Below are positions 1-13,815 of a stretch of 64,000 nt of DNA, one piece after another. The stretch spans positions 82,336,001-82,400,000 of the forward strand of contig OX597818.1 of assembly GCA_951406725.2 (NCBI GenBank), written 5' to 3'. The stretch's first letter is position 1; each line of letters begins with the position of its first letter. The DNA comes from Octopus vulgaris. Its lineage: Eukaryota. The notes beneath the pieces are model-generated. The model searched no databases. It worked only from the letters and a program-made list of their open reading frames with translations, and was not told the DNA's origin. The position numbers were made by a program, and so were the translations under genes.

Positions 1-178
1 TATATATATATATATATATATATACACTCACACATACACACATACACTCACGCACACACATACACACACGAGGACTCACTCCCACTCACACACACACAAA
101 CACACGCACACACACACATACACACGCTTACACAATAAAGACCTACGTTACATATATGTATGCATATGTATATTCATG

Positions 179-209
<31 letters not shown>

Positions 210-610
210 CATTATATATATATATGTGTGTGTGTGTGTATGTTTGTACATTTGAATATATATATATGTGAATACACACAAACAGATGCACACACGTGCA
301 CACATGCATGCATATATTTACAAACTTATAAACAGGGGATAACAAAATCCATAATATATGTCAATCTACGTGTATCGATCTATCTAACTAACCAGGTTTG
401 CCTATTTGTCAGCCTATCTAATTAGGTATATCTTTTCTGTCTATTTCTCTTTTGACTGCCTTTCTCTTTGGCAATACAGTCGTGTATGTGCATATGTGTG
501 CTTATACATCTATATGTATGATTGTACATAATTATATCCATATGCGTGTGTGTTCATATGCACCGACAAAAATATTAATATTACTGAGCCAACCCGCCTT
601 CACACATAAC

Positions 611-669
<59 letters not shown>

Positions 670-717
670 TATGTATATATATGTATATATGTATGTTTGA
701 TTGTATGTAAATATATT

Positions 718-766
<49 letters not shown>

Positions 767-809
767 CTAATTATATGCCTTGTTATTAAATCTGAAAAAA
801 CATCACAAA

Positions 810-851
810 AACTGTTGCTTAGAGTTTCACGTTCCCGTTCGTCAGACAGTT
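810..851 (-). ncRNA. Minimal type I hammerhead ribozyme-like motif, degenerate stem III (dispersed family A)
   Basis: Minus strand reads aactgt-CTGACGA-acg ggaa cgt-GAAA-ctctaagca-acagtt. Stem I is aactgt/acagtt, the core and stem II are intact, and stem III is mutated relative to the copy at 32335. Confidence 0.65.
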
Positions 852-1085
852 ATGATTAAGAATATACTAATTATATTCATACTAATATGCGTGATTAAGT
901 ATACACTAATTGTATTCATAATTTACAGACAAGCATTCTTGCATACAGGGATATAACATATAACGATAATCTATAACATTCCCAGAGACATAGCAACGCG
1001 AAGCACGTACTTTAAAAATCTCCTCATGTTTCATTAGCATACGTCCACCGACAGCAATCAACAAAAATTACACAAAAATTATATA

Positions 1086-1900
1086 TCAAACAAGAGCGTG
1101 TGTAACAACCCTGTCTTCATCATCATAATCATCATCATCATCAACAACAATAGCAACAACAACAACGACGACGGTGACGACGACGACGACGACTACTGTA
1201 AAACCACCAACATCACCACACGGTTGCAACAATAGCAACAACATTGATACAAAATTATAAGTAAATTTTGTCCACTTCAAACACAGGAAAACAAACGACA
1301 CAAACATAAATTCAGTCCACTTGACAGAGTGAATAACAAGATGCATCAATGACTATCAACAACCGTGGAAAAATATATAACAATTACTGTGACAATAACA
1401 TGATCAACAATAACACCAATCACAATATCAGTAAACAAAACAGCAAACAACAAAAGTTCTTGTAATAAGACCAGGAACGACAGCTTCGTAGATTTATGCA
1501 TAAATAACAAAAAAAGTACTACAACAAGCGCCATGATATCCTCGACAAATCAAACATGAAGTACAATAACGAAAAGCAAATAAATGGACATTTAATAGAG
1601 TGAAACAGTAACAGCAGCAACAAGAACAGCAATAACTGCATCATTAATGATATAAAACAACAATAATAACTAAATGGAAGCCCCTTCGTAAATTCAAATG
1701 CTAAACACAGCACCAACAACAACAACAGCTACAACAGCGTTTACCATTATAAGTAAAATATTAAGAACAATAGCAACATTATAATAAAGCAGAGAGCAAC
1801 ATTAGCATCGAAAGATCATTAGATATAGTGAAACACGAACATAATAACTACAACAATAGCCACACAAATGGCAAGAAAACAAAGCTTTCAAAATATAAAA
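1086..1900. repeat. Degenerate CAA/CAT/GAC-rich low-complexity tract
   Basis: Interrupted trinucleotide runs; ORFs here are poly-V/L/D artefacts. Confidence 0.7.
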
Positions 1901-2109
1901 ATATCGATACGTGCATTCTATAACGGCGAAATAATATCGACAACATCAATAAAAAATGCAATATCCATATTGGTGCCGTTTGTTTGTTGTGTATTTAATT
2001 CTGCTTTTATGCATATTTTGTTTTAATTCTTGATTTGTTTTATTCATTATTTTTGTGATACATGTATTTCTTTCAGTGATTGGTCAACCTGTTTTTTACT
2101 AGTAACAGT

Positions 2110-4060
2110 ACTGGTTTTGTGTTATAAGCACTGCCAAGGAATTTTTGCCATAAAAGTACTCGATTGTCACAAATAGGGTGCCATTTCCACAAATCACCCT
2201 CTGTTATCGCAGATGTGTGACTGTTGCAACAGAAAATGTACCATCGTCACTTACAGAGTGTTCGGCTTAAATTTAACTATTATTGTAGTTCCCTTTTTTA
2301 GCTTGACTTTTATAGTTGATTTTCTTTCATGTTGATTTTTATAGTTATTTTGTTTCTACTTGAATTTTATTGTTCCTATTTTTTTTCAGTTTCCCTTTTC
2401 TTTTGTGCGAACGGCGTTGGGGAGTTTAAAAATTACAATTGTAATTAAGAAAACGTTAGCTGACATGGTAGACGGGAAGTGATCTGAATTTTGGAGAAGA
2501 GTTACCTATACGATGACGATTCGTACTCGACTAAATGCTGACATCATAACTACTACTCAATGCTCTGTGAACACTGCAAATTCTGTAAGACGTCATATGG
2601 ACATCACAAAACCAAGTTCCTCGAAACTATGATCGTCTTTGAGTGTGTCGCCAGTGTGAAAGACCTCATGCCGGCACACAACTTTGAACAAGACCTTAGG
2701 GTCAATTCAGATGCTATGTGAAGCTGCTGGTGACTGTGATCAAATATTGGCTGGAGAGGAATGTTGTGTAAGACCATGCCTGCTGCAGCAGAATTCGGCT
2801 CGTTGCCATACCTCCTGAAATAATCCAATGTCCTACAACTTCACTAGTCCAAATTTTGGGCATCCTTATTTCCCCGATTGTAATTCACTAGAATACTATG
2901 TGTGGGGTGCAGTTGATGAATACATCTATTAATGCTATGCCTGCAGCACCAAGGTCGAGTTGGTGGCGAAGACGAAGAAGGTGTTCGGAGATGTTCACAG
3001 AACACAATGAGGAATGCGTAGGTCAGGTTCCGGAGCCGAGTGAGGCTACTTTGAGTAAACTGTTATCTCCCATCCACGATCTAATTGATTTAAAAAAAAA
3101 TACTTTCATTTCTGAATTGGAACTTGTGTTTTCTTTTCTTTTTATGCAAACTGTCAAATTTATCGCGAACTGCCTGTATACGGAACCTTTGCCGTGCATC
3201 GCGTGAGCATAATTATAAAATGCCGTACCATGGCCACAAAACTTGCTCCATTGTCATAAATATTGTACCGTTGTCGAAAAAGCTGCCTTCATTATCACAA
3301 ATATTTTTCCATTACACAAACCTGCTTCATTTTAATAGCTAGTCCCTTGCTGCCAACTATCTCGAATATCGCCACTGATATGGTACTGTAACAGTGTCAC
3401 AGTCATGCTACTATTATTCCAAAACTTGCTTTATTGTGACAAATTTGGTGCCATACCTACAAATATGGTATCATTTGCTCAAGCCTTGCTTCATTGCCAC
3501 ACATATGCACCGTTGCAACAAATCTGGTACCACTGATACAGATATGGTCTCATTGCCAAATAACTTGTACCATTGTGACACATTTGGAGCCATTGTCACA
3601 AAACGCTTACTACCGTCACGAATATAGGACCATAATAAGAATACTTACCATGTACTCATAAATATGGTTTCATTGTTATAAAATTTACTTCATCGTCACA
3701 GATACTGTACTGCTGCCATAGAAATCGTACCATTATCACGAATTCATTGCTACCGTTTCCACAAATCCCGTACCGTCATTACAGATATGTTACCGTGGCA
3801 AAAAAATTTGCTTAAATTGTGACATATATAGCGCCGTTCCTACAGATATTGTATCACTCTCATAGATATGGTTCGATTGCAACGAAACTTGTTTCATTGT
3901 AACATACAGGGTAAAGTTGTCACCAACGTACTCCATTGCCAAGGACAATGTTGCCATTTCCAAAAAGACTAGTATAATTTTCACAGTGATGATATCGTTA
4001 CCACAAATCTTGTTCCATTGTTATAGATTTTTACATCAACGTTACGGATATCGCATGATT
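2110..4060. repeat. Degenerate ~20-21 bp minisatellite (ccattgtcacaaatatggta-like), split by a transposon at 2254-3176
   Basis: Recurrent ccattgtcaca / aaatatggta / aaacttgctt words at ~20 bp spacing on both sides of the insertion. Confidence 0.7.
2254..3176 (+). mobile_element. Decayed Tc1/mariner (maT/DD37D-like) DNA transposon
   Basis: Frameshifted translation from ~2607: TKFLETMIVFECVASVKDLMPAHNFEQDLRVNSD...QQNSARCHTS...HPYFPDCNSLEYYVWGAV, resembling QQDSAPAH and WPPxSPDLNPLDYxVW. Imperfect TIRs (ta)cagagtgttcggcttaaattt / aaatttatcgcgaactgcctg(ta). Confidence 0.75.
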
Positions 4061-4154
4061 GCTATCGTTGGACTCTAAGTCCAATATTGCACTTACTATC
4101 ATGACTATAAGCATCATTATCAACTTCGCTATTGCAATTACTATTCATATTCTT

Positions 4155-4883
4155 ATTGAGTGAAAGAGCAGAGCATGCCATCAAAGTAACTCTGGGGTAC
4201 AATTATACGAAGCCCTATATACCCATCATGACTACCCGTCTGATAAGAGTACACTAGACACACGCATCACAACCGCATTATTTATTATTATTATTGTTCG
4301 ACCGTGGTCGAGACAATGGAATTTACCATGCTACGCCAGACGTCACGGTCCATCATGGCATTACGGAGGTCCTGTTGCTGGATGCCTGTATCCCTGGAGA
4401 TTACATCAGGGTAGGAGAGTGTGTGCCCTCTGGTATTGCGAGTAGATGGCTTCCAGAAGAGAAGAGTAGAAATTGCCTCGTTTTCAGCTCTACAAGAATG
4501 TCCAGCAAACTGGACTCTCCTACCCTTCACAACCACATGTGCACGATATTGCGATCGCATATCAAGATAAATAGAACATGACCATGCAGGAAAGATCTAG
4601 TCAGAATTTTCTTTGAGTTGAGTAGCCCATCCTGCTCAAAAGGTCCCTGAGTAAGGTTTGTTTAAGGATGATGAACGAAATACACATGTTTCCAGAGATG
4701 AATTATTCAACACACCAAAATTCCTCTCAAGACATGACTATGATGCTCCCCTACTTCTCGTGGTCAGAGATGCACATATCGTCAGTCACCAACGGACGTG
4801 CTCATATTTGCTTGTCTGTTGTTTGACCTTAACCATCTGAGCATGTCCCTTGGTGACTGACGATATATGCATCTCTGATCACA
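4155..4883 (-). mobile_element. Abundant interspersed repeat of unknown class, interrupted by an RTE fragment
   Basis: Reverse-complement homology to 57826-58225; other pieces at 6262-6515 and 62030-62090. Confidence 0.65.
4278..4530 (-). mobile_element. RTE-clade LINE 3' end
   Basis: GRRVQFAGHSCRAENEAISTLLFWKP...DTGIQQQDLRNAMMDRDVWR, followed by a (TAA)n tail on the minus strand. Confidence 0.8.
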
Positions 4884-6248
4884 TGGGAAGAAGGACGGTA
4901 CGAATTACGGTGCCAAGTGTCCCACCAAGTTTGGATTTATGCTGCATTCTCGCCTGTATTTCTATAGACGAGGGAGATAATCTCCTGGATGTTAAATGAT
5001 CGAAGGGGAGATTGGAACTACTTTGGGAGTTCTTCTCTACATGAAGCCAGAGCAATTCGAGAAAGTCCCTGATTTCCCTCTCGAATGGAGTAGAAAGAAG
5101 TGTGAACGTGGAGAGCAGAAGGTCGAATTGCTGACGATTGTGGTTCAACCGGCCATTTACGGCTTTTCTGCCCACCTAACCAGAACAGGGCAGAAAGAAA
5201 TGTCCAAAAAAAAGCACCACAACCCATGGGGCGACATAAACAAGAACATAAACAACAACAGAAATGCAGGGGAATAGAAACAGAAATTGAACAGGCAGGT
5301 ATAGTAGTAAAGAAAGCATTTGGAGTAGCACCACTAACAGCTACAGTAGCAGGAGCAACAACTACAAAATCGGGCAACGCAGTCACTAGAAGTTCTAAAG
5401 GGGATTAATGTAGGGCGAGGACGACATGTACTTGGAGAGGTCTTGGGCGTCGGTGGAGATCAACTGGCTGGTCTCTTCCGGAGGACTTTCGGACTATGTA
5501 TAACTTCCAGAAATCTCCGGCCTTGAAATGCTACTCTATGGTGGGGGTCTGCCGGTTCGACATAGGCTCTACAGACGCGGGTGTGCAGTCAGTCTGGCTT
5601 GTCCGAGATGCACTCGGAGCGATGAAACCGCTCTGCATGCCTTCGTACAGTGTCTACGTATTGTGGCCACGTGGAGCTTTGTCAAACAGTTATTTTCAGG
5701 AGCAGGCCGGATCTGACTCTCGTGTGAGTCCGTTGTGAAGATCGCCCCACCTCCTTCCTTAGACCGGGAAGAGAGGGCGATTTTTCTCTGTCTGGTGGCT
5801 ATGCTAAAAGAGGTTGTGAGGTGGACGCGATTGAAAGGGTTGAAGACGGGTACTTTTGTCTTTGGCGAAGGCCTTATCGAATTTTCAGGTTCTACCTGAC
5901 AAGGAAAGTGAGGCTGGAGAGTGAAGTACTGTCAGCCAGTAAATTCGTTGAAAGATAGGTGAATGTGGCAAGAATGCCCGCGTGACTGGGCCTAATCTAC
6001 GTATGCACCTGTAAGGCCGATGGAAGGAAGGGGAGAGGTTATCTTCCTGTGTTAATGGACCAAAGTGCGTGAGGTCTCTTTCGTCGCGGTACGTTGGAAC
6101 CCCCACTTGTTGGGGAAGCATAGTTTTGATTTAATCTATTTATTAATCATTTGTTTGTTTGCTGTTTACACTCTTAACCTCACTGTTCTTCGTCTGTTTA
6201 TCGTCCTCTATGTTTTGTGTTTAACCCTGGTGACCAATAAAGAAAATA
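4884..6248 (+). mobile_element. Decayed, internally deleted L1/Tx1-like LINE
   Basis: ORF1-like zinc knuckle remnant (VNVESRRSNC..CGSTGHLRLFCP, ~5102-5175). ORF2 C-terminal GLPVRHRL...CPRCTRSDETALHAFVQC (zf-RVT-like). Ends at AATAAA near 6236. Confidence 0.7.
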
Positions 6249-6517
6249 CTATTGTTATCATTTTTGAGTGAAAGAGCAGTGCATGCCATCAAAGTGACAA
6301 AGTCCTGTATACCCATCAACATTACCTTTATGATAAGGGCTCGCCAGGCACATGCATCATACCCATATGTGCGTGATATAGTGTTCTTATATCAAGATAA
6401 ACAGCGCATGACCTTGCAGGTGGGGCCCAGTTAGAATTTTTATCAGGTCGAGTAACCCGTCCCGCCCAAAAAGATCCCTGAATAAAGGTTGTTTAAGTAT
6501 GTTGAAGGAAGCACACA

Positions 6518-7105
6518 TCGAATACTGTGCCCCTTGTGGTTTCCCCATTCAAAACAAAACATCTCGAGGATTGAATCAACCCAGAGGGCACTCACTAAAC
6601 GAATTGAAGACATAACTGATCTCGATTACTGTGACCGCCTTAAAGCCTTGAAACTACTCTCTCCAGCGCCGCCGCCAGCGGTGCATCATTTGTATAATGT
6701 TGTGGAGAATATATCGACAGCATTAGCCAAACAACTTGAACATTAATTTCAAGGTTCATCCAAGGCTGGGACCACGGGCAATACGTCCCCTGCCCAATTC
6801 AGGATTACAACATATGGGTACACATAATTTCTTTTCCTCAACATGTCCTGCCCTGTTTAACATTGTCCCAAGACTTATTAAAGAGGAAAAATTCCATCAC
6901 CTTTAAAGAGGGTCAGGACAGATTTCTTTAAGGAATACCAGATAAGCCACCCATACCTCGATACAACGCACTGAACAAGAACTCACTATTTGAATGGACC
7001 ATACAAAACTTACCTTAAAAAGGATTCAGATAATCCTATCAGGTGGTGCTATTAAGTTAGACATGGCCTGGACCAATCTTTGGTCGAAACAGATCTAAGT
7101 TTTAT
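6518..7105 (+). mobile_element. CR1-clade LINE 3' fragment, older copy of 60368-61182
   Basis: CPLWFPHSKQNISRIESTQRALTKRIE; colinear with the 60.5-61.2 kb copy including the 3' tail, with stops and frameshifts. Confidence 0.9.
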
Positions 7106-7397
7106 CGAAATTTTATATGAATACAAATATATATATATATATATATGTAAACACACAGACACACAAATATATATATTTATATGTGTGCGCGCGTACGTGT
7201 AATTGCACAGCATAAATACATGGGTATATACATTGATGATGAATGAAGGTGTTATAGATTATCTTTAAAAGTGTCCTCGTCTTACTCTCTGTCATATCGC
7301 GAGTTCAATTCCGATCGATGGTATATGTTTTCTTTATTTTTTTCTTAGTTTGCTGTATCCCTTCGCTTAAAATGGCTGCTGCTGCTGAATACTATTG

Positions 7398-7444
<47 letters not shown>

Positions 7445-7908
7445 GATTATTATTATTATTATTATTACCATCACTATTATTATTAATAATAATAATATTG
7501 ATAATAGTACGTACTTTTTTTGTAAATTATTGTGTCATTTTGTATATTAATCTCTTTATATTGATATCGATTTGCCCATACATCTATTTATTTACTTCCC
7601 CGCTAACTGATTGATTTCATTCACTTGTTTAACCCTGGCCGACTATTGTTGATCGAGTCATTGATTTCTGTTTGGGTGATTATTTGTTCAAACATATGTT
7701 CACACAGGAGACACGTCTTATATATGCACACAGTCACATGCACATACGCACATAAATACACTCATATACACAGATATGCATAAACGCACATATATATATA
7801 TATACAAATATATATATTTATATATATATATATAGTGTGCGTGAGTACATGTATGTATATATACATATACATACGTACATTCATATTCATGTTTATGTAT
7901 ACACATAT

Positions 7909-7943
<35 letters not shown>

Positions 7944-8035
7944 TATATATATACATATATGTATATAGTTGTCTGTAGGTGAGCATATATGCATGCATTT
8001 ATATATATAAATATATATGTATAAAAGTATGTGTA

Positions 8036-8074
<39 letters not shown>

Positions 8075-8267
8075 GTGCGTGTGCGTGTTTGTATATGTGA
8101 GTTTGTTTGCGTGTGTGTGTTTGTGTGTGTCTGTTCCAAATGAATACGATCGTCTCGTTTGATTAACATCGGCATATATTTGGATATTTTTCTGGCTATA
8201 TCTTTTTTTTTATATCGATTTTGGTGTTGCACATTATTAGTGTCATTTCTGATTAACATTGCTATTG

Positions 8268-8630
<363 letters not shown>

Positions 8631-8993
8631 AGTCTCTCAATATTCTGCTTTCTAAGCCGTACTTTCACAGCATTACTGAGTTAAGCCTTTTGTCACTTTT
8701 GCTCATGCTGTTTTTTCGCTTGATTCTTCTATTTTCAATTCTATTGAATGCACTCTACGCTAATATGTATGTAGCGCCCAGTTGTGCTATTTTCTTCTTA
8801 TTGTCTTTATGTGTAAATCTTTCTATTATTTTTTTCATCGTTCAAAACGCACCCACATGTATGAAAATTTATTTTGTTTCATTTTTAATATCCACTTCCA
8901 GGTAAGCTTTGTTTTTATATATCTGTATGTCTGAATAGTGAATACGTTTCCGATTTCAATTAGCGACGTATTCCTGCACTTACTATAGTACTG

Positions 8994-9770
8994 TTATTAT
9001 TACCTCCACCTTAGCAAAGGTGAAGGTGTTGTTTTCAGTCGTGTTTCTTTGTTTTTTTGTCCCCGAACAAGATATCAGAAGAATTGCTGGATAGATTCGA
9101 ATGAAACTTTCGGAAATGTTTGGCCTCGTGACTGGCACGATAAGATGAGATTTTGGAATTGATCCTGTATTGGACAGGGAATCTGGATTATTATTTTCTT
9201 TTTTTTTAACTTAATTTTTGAGAGCGGCCGGGTTAATATTTAGTATTCTCGTTTCTTTTTTACTGTAGGCACAAGGCCCGAAATTTTTGGGAAAGGAGCC
9301 AGTCGATTAGATCGACACCTGTACGCAACTGGTAATTTATCGACCCCGATTGGATGAAAGGCAGTGTCCACCTCGGCGGAATTTGAACTCAGAACATAAA
9401 GACAGACGAAATACCGCTAAGAATTTCGCCCGGTGTGCTAACGTTCCTTATTTCTTTACTGCCCAGAAAGGGCTACACACAGAGGGGACAAACAACGACA
9501 GACAAATGGATTAAGTCGATTATATCGAGCCAGTGCATAACTGGTACTTATTTAATCGACCACGAAAGGATGGAAGGTAAAGTCGACCTCGGCGGAATTT
9601 GAACTCAGAACATAACGGCAGACGAAATACCGCTAAGCATTTCGCCCAGCGTGCTAAAGTTTCTGCCCGCTCGCCGCTTTAGTATTCTCGTTTCCGAGAG
9701 CAGTCGAGTTTATTCCAGATATTCCATTTTTAAATAGCATCTCTGGCTAATCGTTGAGAGGATGTCGGTC
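8994..9770 (+). mobile_element. Putative non-autonomous Helentron-associated (HINE/DINE-like) element, interrupted by a SINE dimer
   Basis: Starts ttattacctccacc-hairpin-ggtgttgttttc, has a GTTT-type tract, then gatatc...ctggatagattcgaatgaaacttt, the typical HINE layout. A similar remnant lies at ~10565-10720. Confidence 0.45.
9256..9677 (-). mobile_element. Dimeric tRNA-derived SINE (family B, Nin/Deu-like central domain) with 17-bp TSD
   Basis: Two head-to-tail monomers, each with a B-box-like gagttcaaattcc and a gcctt(t/c)catcc...gggtcgat..aa..taccag type domain. TSD tttagtattctcgtttc at 9239-9255 and 9678-9694. Confidence 0.9.
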
Positions 9771-9812
9771 CCCTTCTCCGAAATTTCAGGCCTTGTGCTT
9801 ATAATAGAAAGG

Positions 9813-9868
<56 letters not shown>

Positions 9869-11040
9869 CATTATTATCATTATTATTATTATGAAGGCGG
9901 TGAGCAGGCAGAATCGTAGCTTGCCGGACATATCGTACAAATTGAGGAACAGTGCAATTGGTTTCTTATCTGCTAAGCCAAAACCTTCCAGACATAATCA
10001 TTGTCTTCTCGTCTTTAGGGGTCGGCAAAATAAAGCACCAGTCTTCTTTTATAGATATGTTATTATCGGTTGATACAGTGTATATCTATTACGAAATGTT
10101 CATTTTCGTAATAGATATTCGTTCGTTTTTCCCATCGGTAAGCACGAGCATGTTCTAGAATAAGGTTGCTTTGCCATTCTGTTAGACCTTTCCTGGATAA
10201 TTCTTATACCAATCCTTTAACAAACACCTAATATGACATGACAATTATACAACGTTATTTGAATGAATTGGTAAAATTTGCATAAACTTAAGCGTATTTG
10301 CTCAACTTGTATTCATTTCTCCACAAACGGAAATTGCAACCAATTAAATATTCACTTACCGCTGATTGGACGTAGGCGTTCGCAGAAATATTGTAGAATT
10401 GTTTCTGATGAAATATTTGACATTCAAAGAGCAGTTGGTGAACGAATCCTATAGTACCGTACAAACACCATTGTGATTGCTTTACTTAACATTGTGCCCT
10501 TCTGTTATGAGTTAAAGGGTGGGCACTTCAAATGAATCATTCATTCTTCAGGTATTGATAAAATAATTACCCTGCGCGCGTAAGCAAAAGGAGGGTATTG
10601 TAGTCTCTCGCCATTGCCTGTCTGAATTCCTGTAAAATTACTGGAAAACGGCTGAACGGATTTTCACCACATTTGGCAGAAATACTCATTGGGCTCGAAA
10701 TGAACATTTGGTGTGGTTAACTTACAAAAAAAAAAAAAGAAAAAATATTGAATTTATAAATTTCCTGATAAGCAAGTTTTCTCTGCCCCTCTGATGCATT
10801 TTCAATGCTTTTAATAGTATTTATATGAGATGAGGCTATCACCGCCGACTTAATTTTTGATTTCGTAAAAATGTATGAAATGAGTATAGGGCTACGAGAT
10901 TTACTTATGTCGTTATGTCTGCGTAAATACACACACATAAAGAAATATTGGGATATTTAAGAATTTAAATCCATACATACATATATATATATACATATGT
11001 ATATATACATCATCACCATCATCATGTATATAGATGTATG

Positions 11041-11094
<54 letters not shown>

Positions 11095-11557
11095 TATGTA
11101 TATGCTTTCACACCGTTTAACTTCGTTATCCACAATTTCTTTTGTTGTTATATATTTTTCTTTTGGTCTTTATATACATCGACTGTTATTAGTTTTTACT
11201 TATGTCATGAACAATTATATCAAACGTTAATTTAACTCTATTTTATGATATGTTATTTAAAATTATTTGCCCAATTTATATTTCTTAATTTTACCTTTAT
11301 AATCACCTTTACATATTATTGCTAGCGTTACCTATTTAAAAAGAAACAAAAAATTGTAGTTAGTATGGAAAACATTTTGAAGCGAATCAACCAGATGGTC
11401 TTATCGTCTGATTAAACGCTACCCATATCTTTCCTTTTATGGAACAATTAATTAATAATTGTTTATTCAATATAAAATTTTTCTTTGAGATAGTTACATT
11501 TGTATGTGTGAACACATGGTTATATATGTCCGCGTTTACGGGCATACATGCATATAT

Positions 11558-11593
<36 letters not shown>

Positions 11594-12546
11594 CATACAA
11601 ATGTATGGCTTCGGTGTGTTTTAACTCCTATGTTCAGCAAAGCTGGTGCCTCTTTAAAAGTGATCTCTTGTTATATATTTTCCGTTATGTGTGTTTGTAA
11701 ATATTCACATACTTATATCCTATATTATTTTGGGTATTTTCATGTGTATGAGAGTGTGTGTACATCATATAGGTGTATATCTATGTATATGCATTTTAGA
11801 CGTATATTTATGTATTTATATTTTCATATGTTTATAGTTGCACTGTATTTTTGTTCACAACTTTTATTGCGTCTGTCAGTTCATACTTTGTTTATTTTTA
11901 ACTTTTTCCTTTCTCGCCCTCAGTTTTGACTCAATTTATCATCAAACCATAAACCTTTGACTAAATTCTACCGTCCAACATCATAAAATCATACTAACAT
12001 ACATGTAGCATTAAGTCTTCTCTTCACGCCTTCTTGGCCCTTATCACATCAATACCTATTTTCCTGTAATTTCTTCCACTTTTCTCTTATTTTCGTTATC
12101 TCTCTAGTTTCTTTCTCTTTTTTCATTTCTCTAACAACATTTTCCCTTTTCTTTTAGTTTTAGTGAATTTTTATTTGTTTACTTATGTTTATCTCAACTA
12201 TAGGTTTCAATCATTAATTTTGATATTCATTTTCATGTTAAAACCTTTTTATTCTCTAGCTGTTTTTATATTCCTTTTAATCTATTTAGAAGAATTTCTA
12301 AAAAAATAATTTCTAATTCTTTACATATTCTATTCACTTTTCCACTCGCGTTTATATAACGCTTCTCGATTCAAATATTAATATCTCTTCGTTACAACTC
12401 AACTTGTTACAAATTATAGACCGTTATATATGTTTTTAATTAGTTACCCAATCAGCTTAAATTTTTATTAAATAATTTGGTCTCCACAAATGATTATGTA
12501 TGCTAACAATTCATAAAATCTCCTTTTTCTGCGTCGTCACAATAAT

Positions 12547-12583
12547 CTGATGAACGGTTACGTGAAACTCTGTCTAACAGTTT
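12547..12583 (+). ncRNA. Degenerate hammerhead remnant (family A)
   Basis: CTGATGA-acg gtta cgt-GAAA-ctctgtcta-acagttt; the 5' strand of stem I is lost. Confidence 0.45.
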
Positions 12584-12831
12584 GGGAAGATATTTCGGCG
12601 TTCATGACATAGTATATGTTAGTATCTTTAGTCTGAGTTAGGAATACGCACCATATGAAATCGCTAAATGTACATATCGCCACAAAACCACTTGAGTAGT
12701 TATTTAGTAGCCCTTCCCCCAGTTACACACATACCACACAAACGTACATACGCACACACAGACTCACAAACTCTCTTATATATGTGTGTTTAAATTTATA
12801 GGTACATCCATAGAAGCATATTTTATGCATA

Positions 12832-13020
12832 TATATATGGGAAAAAAAGTCAAGATAGAAAATGCTAAAATAATTTTATAAAAAACATTTCAGTACCGGT
12901 TTCAATCGTTGAGACTTTTTCAACTGTAACAATTAAATAATTTAATGACTGAAACCAGTACTGAAATGTTTTTTATAAAATTATTTTAGCATTTTCTATC
13001 TTGACTTTTTTCCATATATA
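12832..13020. repeat. Inverted repeat with ~72-bp arms, carrying a hammerhead; probable inverted terminus of a Penelope-like derivative
   Basis: Left arm tatatatgg..aaaagtcaagatagaaaatgctaaaataattttataaaaaacatttcagtaccggtttca is nearly the exact reverse complement of 12950-13020. Confidence 0.9.
12888..12929 (-). ncRNA. Minimal type I hammerhead ribozyme, U3-A8 core variant
   Basis: Minus strand: ttacag-TTGAAAA-agtc tcaac gatt-GAAA-ccgg-TA-ctgaaa; stem III is the palindrome accggt. Confidence 0.7.
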
Positions 13021-13399
13021 TCAACTCGTGCGTTCCTTTTCATCCTTATACATATATATATATATCCACACAATTATAGGAATGGGCTTAAATTAAAATT
13101 GATAATTAGAAGAATGCTGTAGTTTGGTGGAAGCTCTGAGGGACATGTATAAAATAGTAATGTTATACAAAGCAACAGTAATACAACAAGTATATTACAA
13201 GTAAAATATAACTAATATTGCAATGTTACGTTAGAAATATTTAGTTAATCTTGATATTTCGAGGGCAAATCTCTTTGACAAGCTTTTTGAAAACGTTTGT
13301 GGAGGTAAATTACATGCTAAATATCTACATAAGCGATTAAATATTAGATCTATTGGATACGTTTGGTGATTGTTGATATTTGTATGAACAAAACTATAG

Positions 13400-13815
13400 C
13401 GGAATATATGGAGGTAAGAAAGCATAATTATGTTCATGGAGATGCTGACAAAGAAAGTATCAAACAGATTAGATTGCTGTTACGGAAGAATGCGACGAAT
13501 TGCCCTAAATGTGAAATGCTCCAACATGTGATAAACAAATATCTTTATGAAGTCCTGCCAAACGTTAGCGAGAAGATCAAGTAAAGACATCTTTGACTAT
13601 CTGGTGCGCCGCTCTGCATTGGAAGTTTCCAAATGCGTCTTGTGGACCCACCTTATGGTGATATAAGAATAGGGAAAAGGCGGCACTTTTACATCAACAA
13701 CTTGATCGCATACACTGACATGGAATGTAACCAGGAGCTCGAAACAGTGATGTTGGAGCGAGAGATGTGGTGTGTGGAATTCGTTCCTGTGGCCCGAGTT
13801 GTAACCCGGTCATAA
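13400..13815 (+). mobile_element. Decayed RTE-clade LINE 3' fragment
   Basis: Frameshifted DCCYGRMRRIALNV..QHVINKYLYEVLPNVSEKIK...YINNLIAYTDMECNQELETVMLEREMW, the same C-terminal type as 4278-4530. Confidence 0.65.
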
